A DNA stretch of 62,808 bases, counting the filler, from Nemertoderma westbladi (Eukaryota; Animalia; Xenacoelomorpha): NCBI GenBank assembly GCA_032718475.1. It is 5 parts of 5 records of this genome, joined end to end, with 100 filler letters (N's around TTAATTAATTAA, not from the genome) between each part and the next. Parts side by side here need not be neighbours in the genome. Positions count along the whole stretch, not along the records: positions 1 to 17,572 come from JAUCBJ010004214.1; 4 more parts are not named here. One strand, given 5' to 3'. Positions 1-12,146 of the stretch are shown here, piece by piece. Below the pieces are notes generated by a model that searched no databases, had not been told where the DNA came from, and was given only the letters and a program-made list of their open reading frames with translations. Position numbers and translations under genes: made by a program. The stretch's first letter is position 1; each line of letters begins with the position of its first letter.

Positions 1-16
1 CCCTGCCACTGAGGCG

Positions 17-1987
17 GTGATAGGCGAGTTACACAGGTCCATCGAACGCGAGGTTCGGAGTGTAAGGACCACGAGGAGAGATACGAGGAACCTCTCGGAG
101 GAGCAGAGTAAACTCTTACGAGAAATAAAGAAGAAGAAAGCAATCGCGATTGTACGAGGTGATAAAACCGGAAATGTAATAATCGTAGATGAGCGAATTA
201 AACAGAAGGAAATCGGTAGGATACTGGCCGATAAAGAAACATATCAGGAACTCCCATGGGACCCCACCAGCAAGTACATAGCAGATTTAAAGAAAACTAT
301 TCGGGATATGGATCTGGCAGACGGACCGTTGAAAGACTTTCTAGTCATGAAACGGCCAACGATGGGGTACGTATACCCGTTGTTTAAGGACCACAAGGAC
401 ATCGACCAGTGGATTGTTTGGGAGAAAGAGGACGAGGATGGGTTCGACACCGTCGCACCTAAAGCAAGGCTGATCGTATCCACAGCGGGGACATTGGTTG
501 AGCGCCCAGCGAAACTGTTGAACTCGTGGATACAACCGCTGCTCGGTAGGATGCCCCACTACGCCAGGGATTCATATTCCGTGAAGGAATCCATCCCGAG
601 TGACACTTACCCAGAGTTGACGTTCATGTCCCTCGATGTTATCGACATGTACCCGTCGATCACATTCGACATAGCCGTGGACGCCGTTACGGCGGCAGTT
701 AAAGAGAACCCCGACTTAGTAGAACGAACAGGGATTGACGTACAACAGATTATTTTACTATTAAAGTATGTAATCACTCACACATATTTTGAGTTTAATA
801 AGGTTGTTTATGTATTGATAAAGGGGCTCGGGATGGGTGTCCCAGCGGGTAAGGCGATTGCCGTACTAGCAGTACATCGTATACACACACACGTCAGTTT
901 AATATCACTGTATGGTGCAATATTTTTTCAAACATTCGTGGACGACGGTCTGTCCATTTTTGATCATACTGTGCCGGACTTAGTAAAAGATAGTATTAGG
1001 GAGGATTATAACACTGCCTGTGCGTCTGTTTATGGGGTAAATAATGTTAAATTCACGTTTGAATTTTCCAGTACCGGTACAGTATTTTTGGATATGGAAC
1101 TGTATAGGAACAGTGAAGGGACGATCGGCACAAAAGTGCACTTTAAACCGTTGTCAAGGAAACTACCGATCCCGTTTCATAGCAACCACGATAAACAGTT
1201 GTTGAAATCGGTGGCCAGAGGCCAACTGTTGAGATTCTGGCGGCTTACAGGGGGTGGATTTAATTATGAGTGTGCGCGAGATAGGTACCTTACCGACCTA
1301 TGGGTTTCCGGATATCCGGTAGAGTTCCTTGAACGTATCCGGGGTGTATGTTGGGAAAGTAAATCGAGGGTACTGGTAAGCCGGAAGGATGACGATGTGA
1401 CACGATGTTATTTAGCGATAGACGGGAGGTTTAAGTCATGCACTAAGAAGGTGCTCAGTAGGAGCAAGGCAGAGTTAGGCAGGAACCAACTCCAAGTAGC
1501 GGTAACCAGTAAAGGAGGGTTGAACATAGGTCACTCGCTGGTGGTAAAGCGTGAGCGCCGTGAAGAGAGGGGAAACCGATCCTGTAACCGTAAATGCCTC
1601 ACGTGTCCGCACATGTACGACCTACAGGTTCTACCATGGGGGGGACGGGTCAGGGGCTCGTTTAACTGTAGGTCAGCCAACGTACTGTATATAATCACCT
1701 GTAAGGACCACCCACGGGGCTTTTATATAGGACAGACAGAACAGGAACTGCGGGAGAGAATGAACAAGCACAGATCGGTTATCAACGCGTATAGGAAACA
1801 CCCCCCAATCGACTACACTGAGTTGTCCGAGTATTTACTGTGTGAGCACTTTCGCTGGTGCCCGTGGGGCAGCTTTCGGATCTCAGCGTTCAGCCAGTTC
1901 AGATCAAACAAGGATAGGATCCACGCGGAAGCCAACTTTATTTTCCAGTTTAGACCCCCGTGGAACAAGGGCAGGCCGGCTGTCTGA
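17..1987 (+). CDS. Penelope-like retroelement polyprotein (RT + C-terminal GIY-YIG endonuclease), probably 5'-partial
   Basis: PLE RT motifs GDKTGNVIIVD, YPLFKDHK, RLIVS, SLDVIDMYPSI, GLGMG, TFVDDG, FLDMEL. Cys motif CNRKCLTC precedes GIY-YIG (NVLYIITC..FYIGQT..LRERMNKH), a Neptune-like layout. Frame is open back to the window edge. Confidence 0.93.
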   Translation: MIGELHRSIEREVRSVRTTRRDTRNLSEEQSKLLREIKKKKAIAIVRGDKTGNVIIVDERIKQKEIGRILADKETYQELPWDPTSKYIADLKKTIRDMDLADGPLKDFLVMKRPTMGYVYPLFKDHKDIDQWIVWEKEDEDGFDTVAPKARLIVSTAGTLVERPAKLLNSWIQPLLGRMPHYARDSYSVKESIPSDTYPELTFMSLDVIDMYPSITFDIAVDAVTAAVKENPDLVERTGIDVQQIILLLKYVITHTYFEFNKVVYVLIKGLGMGVPAGKAIAVLAVHRIHTHVSLISLYGAIFFQTFVDDGLSIFDHTVPDLVKDSIREDYNTACASVYGVNNVKFTFEFSSTGTVFLDMELYRNSEGTIGTKVHFKPLSRKLPIPFHSNHDKQLLKSVARGQLLRFWRLTGGGFNYECARDRYLTDLWVSGYPVEFLERIRGVCWESKSRVLVSRKDDDVTRCYLAIDGRFKSCTKKVLSRSKAELGRNQLQVAVTSKGGLNIGHSLVVKRERREERGNRSCNRKCLTCPHMYDLQVLPWGGRVRGSFNCRSANVLYIITCKDHPRGFYIGQTEQELRERMNKHRSVINAYRKHPPIDYTELSEYLLCEHFRWCPWGSFRISAFSQFRSNKDRIHAEANFIFQFRPPWNKGRPAV

Positions 1988-2022
1988 TGGAAGTAAGGTC
2001 CATGGGCGCCGAAAAGGTGCAG

Positions 2023-2999
2023 TGGGATACGGTTATACTGTCCGTCCCTAAGTAATGGTGCATGAAACAGACTGTATGAGGATACAGATGTTTTATGAGT
2101 ACTGTACGGGTTATTTAAGTGCCCGGAAGGGTAATTTGTGAAATGTAACCCTGTGTAGAATTAGGCCGGCTGAACCCGTGCAGTTAGTGTCTTAGTGTAC
2201 AGTATAAGTATTTTTAAATAATTTTTATAAAAAAATTTTTTAGTTTAATTGTCATATCCAGTGTTGTTTATTTTATTATACAGTATAGTTAATTTAAATT
2301 GTTTTTATTAATTGTCATATTTAGTGAGTTCACCGTGAGTTTGTTAATTAGACGATTTAACATTACAGCCACGGTTACGCCAGTAATTATGTGTAGGTAT
2401 AGTATATTGCTAGGTGATCTAAGTGTTTTCGGGGGTTAGTTTTTTACACGGTGCAGTGATGCAACTTTGCTGCTGTTTGTACCGTAACAAATGGGTGTGG
2501 ATGTTTTGCTTGGTAAAACGCGTACACTTAGTTTCAGTTTGGAATTGGGATACGGTTATACTGTCCGTCCCTAAGTAATGGTGCAGGAAACAGACTGTAT
2601 GATGATACAGATGTTTTATGAGTACTGTACGGGTTATTTAAGTGCCCGGAATGGTAATTTATGAAATGTAACCCTGTGTAGAATTAGGCCGGCTGAACCC
2701 GTGCAGTTAGTGTCTTATTGTACAGTATAAGTATTTTTTAAAAAATTTTTTATTATATTTGTCATATCCAATGTTAGTAATTTTATTATACAGTATAGTT
2801 AATTTAAATGGTCTTGATTAATTGTCATATCTAGTGAGTTCACCGTGAGGTTGTTAATTAGACGATTTAACATTACAGCCACGGTTACGCCAGTAGTTAT
2901 GTGTAGGTATAGTATATTGCTAGGTGATCTAAGTGTTTAGGGGGTTAGTTTTTTACACAGTGCAGTGATGCACCTATGCTGCTGTTTGTACCGTAACAA
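2023..2999 (+). repeat. Direct duplication of ~460 bp in the PLE 3' region (2023-2490 and 2546-2999)
   Basis: Both copies begin TGGGATACGGTTATACTGTCCGTCCC and end GCTGTTTGTACCGTAACAA, with scattered differences. Confidence 0.9.
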
Positions 3000-3331
3000 G
3001 TCTGGAGGCTGTACTGGATGCTAGGCCAGGCCAGTCCCAGCAAGGCCACACGCATCTGGCTGTCTGGCAGGTGACTCTACATTCAGCATTGTCTCGTATA
3101 TTATGATGGAGGTTAATATTCATTTAATTTTATTTAATTTTACGTATAAGCAGTTTGTATCGTATATTATGATCGTGATTTATATTTATTTAATTTTATG
3201 TATATGGTTTTACGACCTACCGTACACTTCTGCACTTGGTGTCTTTAAAGTTCCTGTCCATTGCTGCATTGCCCTATTTTAGAGAGTTTCACTACCGGTA
3301 GTAGGCCGTTTTCCCTTTGTTTATTATTGTG

Positions 3332-3371
3332 ATACCCTGATGATGCCCCGAGGGGTGAAATTGATTGGTAT
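3332..3371 (+). ncRNA. Minimal type I hammerhead ribozyme
   Basis: Stem I ATACC/GGTAT; core CTGATGA (3337-3343) plus T; stem II GCCC-CGAG-GGGT; GAAA (3357-3360); very short stem III; predicted AUU cleavage after 3366. Confidence 0.85.
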
Positions 3372-5160
3372 GTTCAGTTATTATTAGTTTTAATTAAAGA
3401 TCAAACGGGCGTATAAAACTCCAACGTTATTTTATTGTTCGAATTTCCCCAGTTGTAATGAATGTTGGGCACTACGACACTCCCATATTTTTACTTCGGG
3501 TACTGGAAGTTACTGGTTTGGTCGTAAATTCTGCACATTGCATTATATTTATCATGGTCGTTGTCATGGGTGCTGTCAATGTAAGAGGGGATATCACTAG
3601 AGGAAGCTAAGATTCCTGTTTCGGTCGGATCAGGAGAAGCAGATGGTGGTACAACTAGTGGCTCAGGAGAAAAATGATAGTATATCTTTGAACATTATTA
3701 TTGTTTTCACTTATTTCAATTGAATATTTATTATTATTATCTATTTAAACACTAAAGACAATAACAATAAAGACAATAAATCAAATGTAGGCTTATATTA
3801 CTGTATTAGAAAAAATTTTGAATATTATAAAGCCAGATAGGGTAGGACAGTAGGAGGGGGGGGGGGGGGGGGGGGGGAGACTGAACGCAATACAAATACC
3901 CATGGTCTATCAAGGACGGCTAACTTCTAGATAGGACAAAGTTTTGACTAGCCCAATATCTGGAATGATGAAGCCCTTTCTCTTACCGGGGGTGCGGGGT
4001 GGCGCTGGGTGAGGTGGTCGATACTGAATATCTTCCCAGATTGTGTTCCGATTAGAATTAATAACTCCAGTTCCACATCTTCAACAATATCTATTTCAGA
4101 TGCAGGTGAATAGAAATCAGTTACTTTTCTCTTTTTCGCTGGAATTGATGCATCCATAACACAGTAACAGCAGTGCCGTACCACAGCATGCAATGCAGAT
4201 ATGTGCAATAAAACTTTTAGACTACTATTGTAATTTTAAAAAAATGTTTGAATAAATATTTGAACGCAAACTGTAGTTTATAATTTACACAAACAATTGG
4301 GAATACTACAGTACTTCTGTAGTAATGATACAGCACCCTTGCATAATATTATATTGGCCTAAATTTATATTAGAGCTGTATAGCACCATTAGATGTTAAG
4401 TTCCTTGACCTGTTGACCAATCAGCTTCGAGCTATCTTCTGATTACTCATGGCATTAAACCTGTCTGACTGCAGTACACATTACTTACTACCTGCATAGT
4501 TCCTTGTGACCCGGCCAGCCCAGTGCCAGGAGGCCACGGCCTCATGTGTGTGGGTTAGTTGGCTGTCTAATTTCTTGGGAAGACTTTAGTCAATTTCGGG
4601 GAATTCCATTCCACAGCAGATAATTGGTTTTACATGCTGGGGCGGCCTTAGCTAAGAGCCATTACACATGCTATTATATATATTCACTTTGTTAGTGGTC
4701 TGTCGCTGTCGGAATACAAGCCACCCCAAGCTATATAATTAGTTGTGACTCGAATCAATTACTTCTCCTTACAAGAGAGAAATGTATTTCCCATTTGTGG
4801 CCAGCCCGAAGGCCACAACTGATATAATACTACCAAGGGATATTTTCATATTACCTCCCATTAAGGCCTCCCATCCCCAAGGATCTTGGTCCTAGCTCTT
4901 AGCCAGCCAGGTAACAATGCGAAGCTTTCAATAGAAAAATGCCTTTGTTTCAGAAAATTTGGAATGTGGATCTTTAATATTTTTATTATTTATTTTTTCA
5001 CTTCAAATGGAAGGGGTTTTTCAGTATGCTTTCTCATTTTCCTAGGGGGTGGCTATAGCCACATGGCCACCACCCTCGGTACGCTAGTGCTTACAGTCAT
5101 AGTTCAAAAATTGCCGGGGGGGCATGTGCCCCCCCGTGCCCCCCCTTGGATCCGCCCCTG

Positions 5161-5960
5161 GTAGTATCCCAGTTCTTCTAATCGATGTGACAATATTTTA
5201 TGTAGCTCTGCTAGCTTAAACACACTTGTTCCACTCCCCACTGACTCTTCAATATGATTAACAAGATCATTGAATGCTCTTGATCGTGCTATTATTGATT
5301 CCTCAACAATTATTGATTTGCCATTCTTTGTCCTGTCGCGAACAAATGATCTATGCGTATTTCTGTATTTTGTAAGGCATTCTATATGATATTTTGCACC
5401 ATTCGCTACAAAGTCGCCACCACCCTTACGTAACATTTGAAAATCATTCATATCATTTGCCATGTTTGTCAAATTTTGCTGTGCATTTAGCGTGGAATAG
5501 TCATGTAAGTCGCCAGAGTCACCTTCACAAAAGATACAAGCTTTATTATTATGTAACTGGGTGCTTTTCTGCCGCTTAACATCATCATATATATTATTTT
5601 CGTTTGAACTCGCTATACTTTGTGAAGGACGCTGCAAGGACTGCTTTCGTTTGTTTAATTTAGTTCCAGTTTGTTATTGCAAAAAACCAACCGACAAGAA
5701 TGGTGCCACTTGGCAACATTTCTCAGCAGATAAAATGCCTTGGTTTCTGCACTGAAACTTAATTCGATTGGTAACATTCCAATGTCTCTAAATTGATTGA
5801 CATTGTCAAGAAAACGCTCATATATTCCGATGATTTCTTCAGAAGCTGGTGTATTGCACGGGTTATTAAGTTTTTCCGCGGAAGTTTTCTGACATATAAT
5901 ACATTTACTAAAGTCTAGAAGGGTCTCCATTGATTTACAAACTTGAGGTTTTAGTTTCAA
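5161..5960 (-). pseudogene. Frameshifted N-terminal fragment of a DNA-transposon protein (Academ-like)
   Basis: Adjacent ORFs with CIICQK, AKWHHSC, CIFC and GDFVANGAKYHIECL, as recalled for invertebrate Academ-type transposases. Truncated at 5160 by a CAGGGGCGGATCC-type MITE end. Confidence 0.5.
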
Positions 5961-6458
5961 CTACTAGTAAACTATTCTCACCAAGTTTATAGTATCATGT
6001 TTGTAGGTAAATGGTAATGAATGTTAAGACATCACATTGGTAGTAGTGTAGCCCGTTTCAATATTATTCTGCTATTTTTAAAAGCTGTTTTAAAGCTAAT
6101 ACCTTTTGGAGGTATTACATGGCCTTTTTTGAAATTATAAAAAATTTTATTTTATTTTATAGATTATTATAATAATAGGTTATATAACAATAATTTTATA
6201 GCTATAATGAAAAACAGACTAGCGACCGCCGAAAACATTAGCTACCACAAAAATTAAACGTGTAATGAGTTCACACTATGTTCCAGAACATAAATCAATT
6301 AGCAAAAACAGCTATTGAAAAACATAATCCATAATGGTGACACGGGCTACACCAGTACCTACCTGAATAATAGTCAACTACAGATGAAAAATAAAAGTCA
6401 AATGTGTGAATAAATTTTGTACAGGTTAATTAATTCCCATTAATAAATTGGAACTACA

Positions 6459-7036
6459 TACTTCGCCCTCTCGACACCCCCTGCCATTTTTTCACCAGTC
6501 CTTTTTAGAGGTTTTTAATGCTTTTTTGGTATTGGTGAAAAAAGAATTTCTAGAACATTTAGTAGATATCAATATTGATGATATTATAACAGTTTATAGT
6601 GTATATTAAACATCGTTTGAGATTATTTGAACATCGTGTGGCGGTACAGTTTTATGAGTCTAAATTCAGCGAAGTGTCGCTGGAAAGAATAATAAAATAA
6701 AACCCATAAAAAATATAGGCTTGTTTACCAACCAACCACACCTATAAATAACGTAACATTAAAAAAATCCGTTTGAAAGATTTTAAATACTTACTATTAC
6801 TAGCTACTGTAGTAAAAAACCCGCTACCTTCATAAAAACGCAAGCTAATTAATAATGTTAACAAAATTTTTTTTTTATTTTCAAAAAATGCCAGCTAGTA
6901 AAAAAACGCTAGCTGCTATTAAAAAAAATATCTACTTAAGGTTCTAGAACATTCACCATTACCAAAAAAAACATTGAAAAACACAAAAAAATTAATGGTT
7001 TAAAAAATTGACAGAGACTGTCGACAGGGCGAAGTA
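6459..7036. mobile_element. MITE with ~100-bp imperfect TIRs
   Basis: TACTTCGCCCTCTCGACA ... TGTCGACAGGGCGAAGTA, with inverted similarity continuing inward. Confidence 0.6.
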
Positions 7037-8249
7037 GTGCCAATAAATATATACTGTACAAACCACAAACCAAAACAAAAGTTACATAATGTGAATTTCG
7101 AGGGAATAAGCAATAACCAGCTCACTAGTACCATGATGTACTATTCTGTATCATAATTATAATTCTAGAATCGCAAAATGACTGTGACTATTATATTACA
7201 CTCTGATTATTGACCATTTTCCTACACGAATAAAATACAACAGCAGCTACCGGTAGTATTGGTATTATATTTATCTGTGTTTGTTTTCATTATATGCAAA
7301 ACATTCTAGAACGATTTAAGTTATTGCCAAGGATATCTTGTTCCTCTGGCCTCCTTTCAGTGCATGACGATGTTCTAAAACCGTATTACATCTGGGCTTG
7401 GCAAGTGAAATAGTAAAAAAATTGTTGAAGTTGGAAGTACAGTAGTTCTTACAGATTTTTTAGAGAAATATATCCATATTGTATTATTATATTATTATTA
7501 TTATGGGGTCAGCTCCGCGCGTGGCTACATTTTTGGATTTTTAAATGTACTTTTACACTGTAGTTTTATAAACACACATTATACCCATAAAGTTAAATAT
7601 TTTTATGGAAACGTGTATCAATCAGCTCTAATATAACTACAAATAATCTTATATTCGCCCATGCCGCACGTGAAGAATACCAGGATTTCACTTTTCGGTC
7701 GACTTTTTATTGGAATTTTATATATGACTATTTTTTATTTTTTTAAATTTATATTTTTTAAGTGTTTTATTATTAATGTTTTATAGCGCTTATTTCTGTC
7801 TTATAACCTGTACATATACTAATTCGTTTATTGTTTTGGTTAGATTCAGCCCTTGTGTAACCTGTGGTTTTGGTGAAAACCTGGTATAGTGGTATACTTC
7901 ACAAGGGAGTAACTGCAAAGTTAAATATAACGGCAAAAAGTATTGCTATATATTATATATATGCATATATTGCTATACAGGTTGGGTATCCCAACATGAT
8001 CCCAAGATTCAATCAGAATTGCAGGCAGTTGCTAGGGAAAGGTCACCTTGTTGCTAAGGAAACGTGTATCAGCGCCGATGTCACTAATAACCATCTTCTA
8101 TTGCTAGACAGGTTGTTTATCCCAAGTTTCAATCATAATTACATTAAATATACAACGGTTGCTATGAAAAAGTCACCCTGTTGCTAGGGAAGTAGTCAAT
8201 TTTTTTGGTACACAGGCTCAGATTAATCTACACATTGTTTTACATATAT

Positions 8250-8319
8250 AGTCACATTTTCATGCTTTTGTCCGGCAATTAACGATTTTGCTATATTTCA
8301 GCCTTAAGCGACCCCACTA
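8250..8319 (-). mobile_element. Putative Academ-type terminus (TAGTGGGGTCGCTTAAGG...)
   Basis: TAG-starting end with AAATCG..CCGGACAAAAGCATGAAA, upstream of and co-oriented with the 5161-5960 fragment; assignment from recalled consensus. Confidence 0.35.
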
Positions 8320-8343
8320 GTATACTAGAAAAGTACTCAATTA

Positions 8344-8729
8344 CACCATGTCCCGTAATATATGTAGTGTCATTTTCTGATGACACGGACCCCCCCCAGA
8401 TTTTTCTACAAATCTTTATCATAATGCTTCAATTTGAAACATAACTACAGTAGTTCCACTCACCGTCGATGACCCCATGAAGCCGGAATTTTCGATTTTG
8501 CCTTTAAATTTTTTTATAAGAGTTTTAAAAAAGTGTCTTTTGCAAAATCGCACCCTCTGTATCATTGCCATTCTTCACATTAGTCGTAATTTTTTTATAT
8601 CATTAAAAAGCTTGCGTTGCAAGGATTCCAAATATGTAACAATATCTGAATCATACTGAATCGTATCTGAATCTGAATATCTGAATGTCCGTGTCATCAG
8701 AAAATGACACTATATTACGGGACATGGTG
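8344..8729. mobile_element. Tc1/mariner-type MITE
   Basis: ~45-bp TIRs CACCATGTCCCGTAATA..TAGTGTCATTTTCTGATGACACGGAC, flanked by TA on both sides (8342-8343, 8730-8731). Confidence 0.85.
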
Positions 8730-9210
8730 TATTATTTGCAATATTTTCATAAATCACTAGCTACCATTAAAATATTTAATAGCTACCATAATATTGTGGG
8801 AAGGTCCAACTATGTTCTAGAACAATAATTAAAACCAAAAAGCCGCATAAAAAATACACGTTAAAAAATCCAGATTTTGTGTGCATGCATGTAAGGTGTA
8901 GTGATGATACCTACAGTATAGGCCTATAGCAAAGTTATATCTTGTGATTTACAGGTATTACGTTTTCGATCAATTAACCAAACATACTGTACGGCATTAG
9001 TAAAGTACACCTTTGGGTACCCTACCCATTGACCAGATTTTTTACAGACAGTAGATAGTTGTTGCTAATTTTTTTTATAAATGTTATAGAACACTTGTTA
9101 GCTATCAATTTTGATAAATAACTACAGCATTTTGAATCTAGAACTTATAACACACAAACACATAGTTGTGTTTCATGTTCTAAATAGGTTTTATTTTTTA
9201 TATCTTATAA

Positions 9211-9291
9211 AAAGTACTGGCTAACACAAACACAAAATTACTAGCTACCAATGGTAGCTAGTAATTTTGTTTTTGTGTTAGCTAGTACTTT
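9211..9291. repeat. Near-perfect 81-bp palindrome
   Basis: 40-bp arms (9211-9250 and 9252-9291), two mismatches, 1-nt spacer. Confidence 0.9.
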
Positions 9292-9941
9292 GGTAGATGG
9301 TAGTACCATCTTACTGACAGAAGGTCAAATAGTTGTTCTAGAACAAAAACCCTCATGATAACCGCGATCTCTATCAACCGCTAGGGGGAGAGACCATAGG
9401 TCCACTATTTTTACTGCTACGCAAAGAGGCTCATAGACTTGAGCTGTGCGAAGTCCCACACTCGTGTTGCAAGGGTCGTAATCAAGGTATACTAAATAAC
9501 CTGTTATTTAGTATACCTTGGTCGTAATGTATAATTGGAGTTGAGGAATTTGAAGGAGTGTGTGGGTTTACATACAATATATAGGTAAGTTTGTAAGTAC
9601 AGTAGTACCAACACAGTAAGTAGTACCAGTCGTTTGTACGACCAAAAAGTAGGCATAAGTCGTTCGCACGAGTTAGCTAAAATTGACTTGACACTTGACA
9701 GCAAGTTTCTTTCACACCAGAAGTACCAGTGATGTAGGGCAGTAGGGAGGCAACAACCGGATAGCAGCACCGAATGACTACTGGACTAGCAGACAAGACA
9801 CCTGACAGACGAGAAACAGCTGAACAGAGAAAAGCCTATACCAGCTATACCAGCTGTACAGCTGGCCATATAATTTTGCAATATTCATTACGGTAATACT
9901 TTATTTGTTTATATGTTTACCGGGCACCTGTTTACTGGTTT

Positions 9942-11078
9942 ATGGAAACGTTTTCACAACTAGGAAGTTGGCTGGTGGGTAGTACCGGTAGGCCTAACAG
10001 TACCAGTACCGGGAACGTAAATAAACGCGCTACCTGTACCGGTACCAGCGATTTCGCGTCGAACGAAAGCGGGAAAATTGAAGACACCGCAACCGTTGAG
10101 TGTCCATCTAAACCGAGCGAACCCGGACAGAATGAAGCGATAGACGAGGAATCGAAACCAACGGCAGCGACTACCGGTATTATCGGAGAGTTGGGTTCGC
10201 CTGGAGTTTGGGGTAGTTACCTATCAGGGGTCGCCTCGCACGCCAAGAAGGGTCTATCCAGCACAACCAAAGTGTTTAAAGCGGCCCTTCACGACAACAC
10301 AATCCTGGGAGATTTCTCGCAGGAGCAAAGCAAGTTCGTAGAGTCTCGGGGGCCGCAACGACACACGGAGACTGCGATAGCGCCGTGGGTTGGGTACCAA
10401 GAGGAGGATTCTATGCGATCCCAAATACTCAGTCTCACAAAAGACGAAAGAAATCTTCTGCGAAGCCCCCCGCCCGCTTCAGAATTCCATTTTAATTTAT
10501 CTTCTGTTTACCCTGTTGCCACGGTGATGCTCTCCGAGGATCCTCGACTCAGCCAACTTCGCTTCAAGTTGGTCCCACAACGGATCTCAGAGGAACAGTT
10601 TTGGTGCAATTATTTCTACAGAGTCTCGTTGGTCAAGCAATCCTCGCAGCTGACCACTCTAGCGTCCGAGACTGGAGATACCGGGGAAATAAACCCGGAA
10701 GGGGATAGAAACAGCTCGTCCGGTGAAATAAAGCAAATAACCGGGGAAATAAAGAAAGGTGAAATAATGAAATCCGTAACCGCCGGGGATAAACAGCTAT
10801 CGGAGGATATAAACCGATCAGTAGATGGTCGGGATTCCGCGATGGGATCTCCACCACGTCCGGCCTCGCCTACAGAGTTCGCTAGCGACCTGTACGACAC
10901 CCCGGCGGTAGATTCGGTGGAGGAGGAGCGGAAACAGCTCGGGATGGCTGCCGAGGATTGGGAAACTGAGTTACAGAAGGAACTGCAGGAGTTCGAGGTC
11001 GTAGACGAAGGCGGGGTCGAGGATACCCTGGGGTGGGAAGATGAACTCAATGAGATGCTGAATAACGATGACACGTAA
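9942..11078 (+). CDS. SYAP1: Synapse-associated protein 1 (BSD domain), single exon
   Basis: TILGDFSQEQSKF, APWVGY..E, RNLLRSPP, BSD core LRFKLVPQRISEEQFWCNYFYRV, C-terminal DWETELQKELQEFEVV. Confidence 0.9.
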   Translation: METFSQLGSWLVGSTGRPNSTSTGNVNKRATCTGTSDFASNESGKIEDTATVECPSKPSEPGQNEAIDEESKPTAATTGIIGELGSPGVWGSYLSGVASHAKKGLSSTTKVFKAALHDNTILGDFSQEQSKFVESRGPQRHTETAIAPWVGYQEEDSMRSQILSLTKDERNLLRSPPPASEFHFNLSSVYPVATVMLSEDPRLSQLRFKLVPQRISEEQFWCNYFYRVSLVKQSSQLTTLASETGDTGEINPEGDRNSSSGEIKQITGEIKKGEIMKSVTAGDKQLSEDINRSVDGRDSAMGSPPRPASPTEFASDLYDTPAVDSVEEERKQLGMAAEDWETELQKELQEFEVVDEGGVEDTLGWEDELNEMLNNDDT

Positions 11079-12146
11079 ACCCTTTATTATTTGTGCTCCC
11101 AATGTCTGTCTGTATATATTCTTCGCATTTATTTATGATTATTATCTGTGAATTGCCTCTTGTTATAATGTGAAGTATTATCAGTATTAATATTATTATA
11201 TTCTCAAATAGTAACCTATATTTATATTTTATGCTATAAAAATATTATATTGTTCCAATTAAGTTGAACTGATCTCAGTTTACCATCCACGTTTGGTTTT
11301 ATGGAATGTATTTATTGGCCATCCCATAATTTATCAACCAACAACATATGTTAATTATATGACCAGCTATATGACACTACAGTAAATTTAACATGAAAAT
11401 CACTAAAATATTACTTTCCACTCAATACAGTAATTATCACTAAAAATCTATTAATTTTCACTGAGTTAGGGAAAGGAGCAGGTCACAGTAACAGTGGCAC
11501 ATTATTCTAAGCAAAATAATAAATGAGATTCAATAGAACAGGTTACAGTTTCATTTTTGGTGATAAAATACATTTTAGTGATAAAAAATATATTTTAGTG
11601 ACAAAAATTTTCTGAAAAAAATATTTAAATTACTGGGAAAGCAATTGTTTTAGTGGCCGATAAATTGAGGCTGTTGTTATCTCATTAATCTGATTAATGC
11701 TGTTGTTATCTCATTAATCTGATGAATGATGTTGTTATCAATCTCTCCATGACTGTAAAACAAATTTATATTATACTATTTTTGATGTATTATTGTTATT
11801 TATTGAAGATATGGAATTAGGTTACTTTTACCTTGTTAATCACACATTTTACATTCACATCGGTGATGTTGTTTGTTATTCGCACTTAGATAAATTTTGT
11901 TTTTGGTTGTCATCGGGAAATATGTTTTGTATTCGATAATAAATGACCTTATTTGGTTATGTAAATGTAATGTTTTTTGTTGAATCAACCTTTCTTTTTC
12001 TGTACGGGAATACTCCAGCTGTCTGCTAAACGTAAACACCATACGCTCACGTCGTTTTAATGAACAGAACCTGTTTATTTTTCTAAATAAAATAATTAAT
12101 TAATAAATAACCGAGTGCAGATAATTAGGTGGCCTTAATTACCACC

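Larger units (their letters stand above)
1..3480 (+). mobile_element. Penelope-like element including long 3' UTR/pseudo-LTR
   Basis: RT-GIY-YIG ORF followed by a duplicated 3' block and a hammerhead motif; 3' boundary approximate. Confidence 0.75.

Noticed and set aside
3948-4208. Short ORF with KKRKVTDFY (possible hAT-type transposase start)
   Set aside because: Too short and degraded to support a call.
8377-8390. Other CTGATGA hammerhead-like cores (8377, ~11719, ~32574, ~50396)
   Set aside because: No stem II followed by GAAA and no stem I; the 8377 copy is part of a MITE TIR.
10616-11074. Antisense and overlapping ORFs on SYAP1, SNX13, NKAP and BEL pol
   Set aside because: Shadow frames of GC-richer coding sequence with no recognisable motifs.
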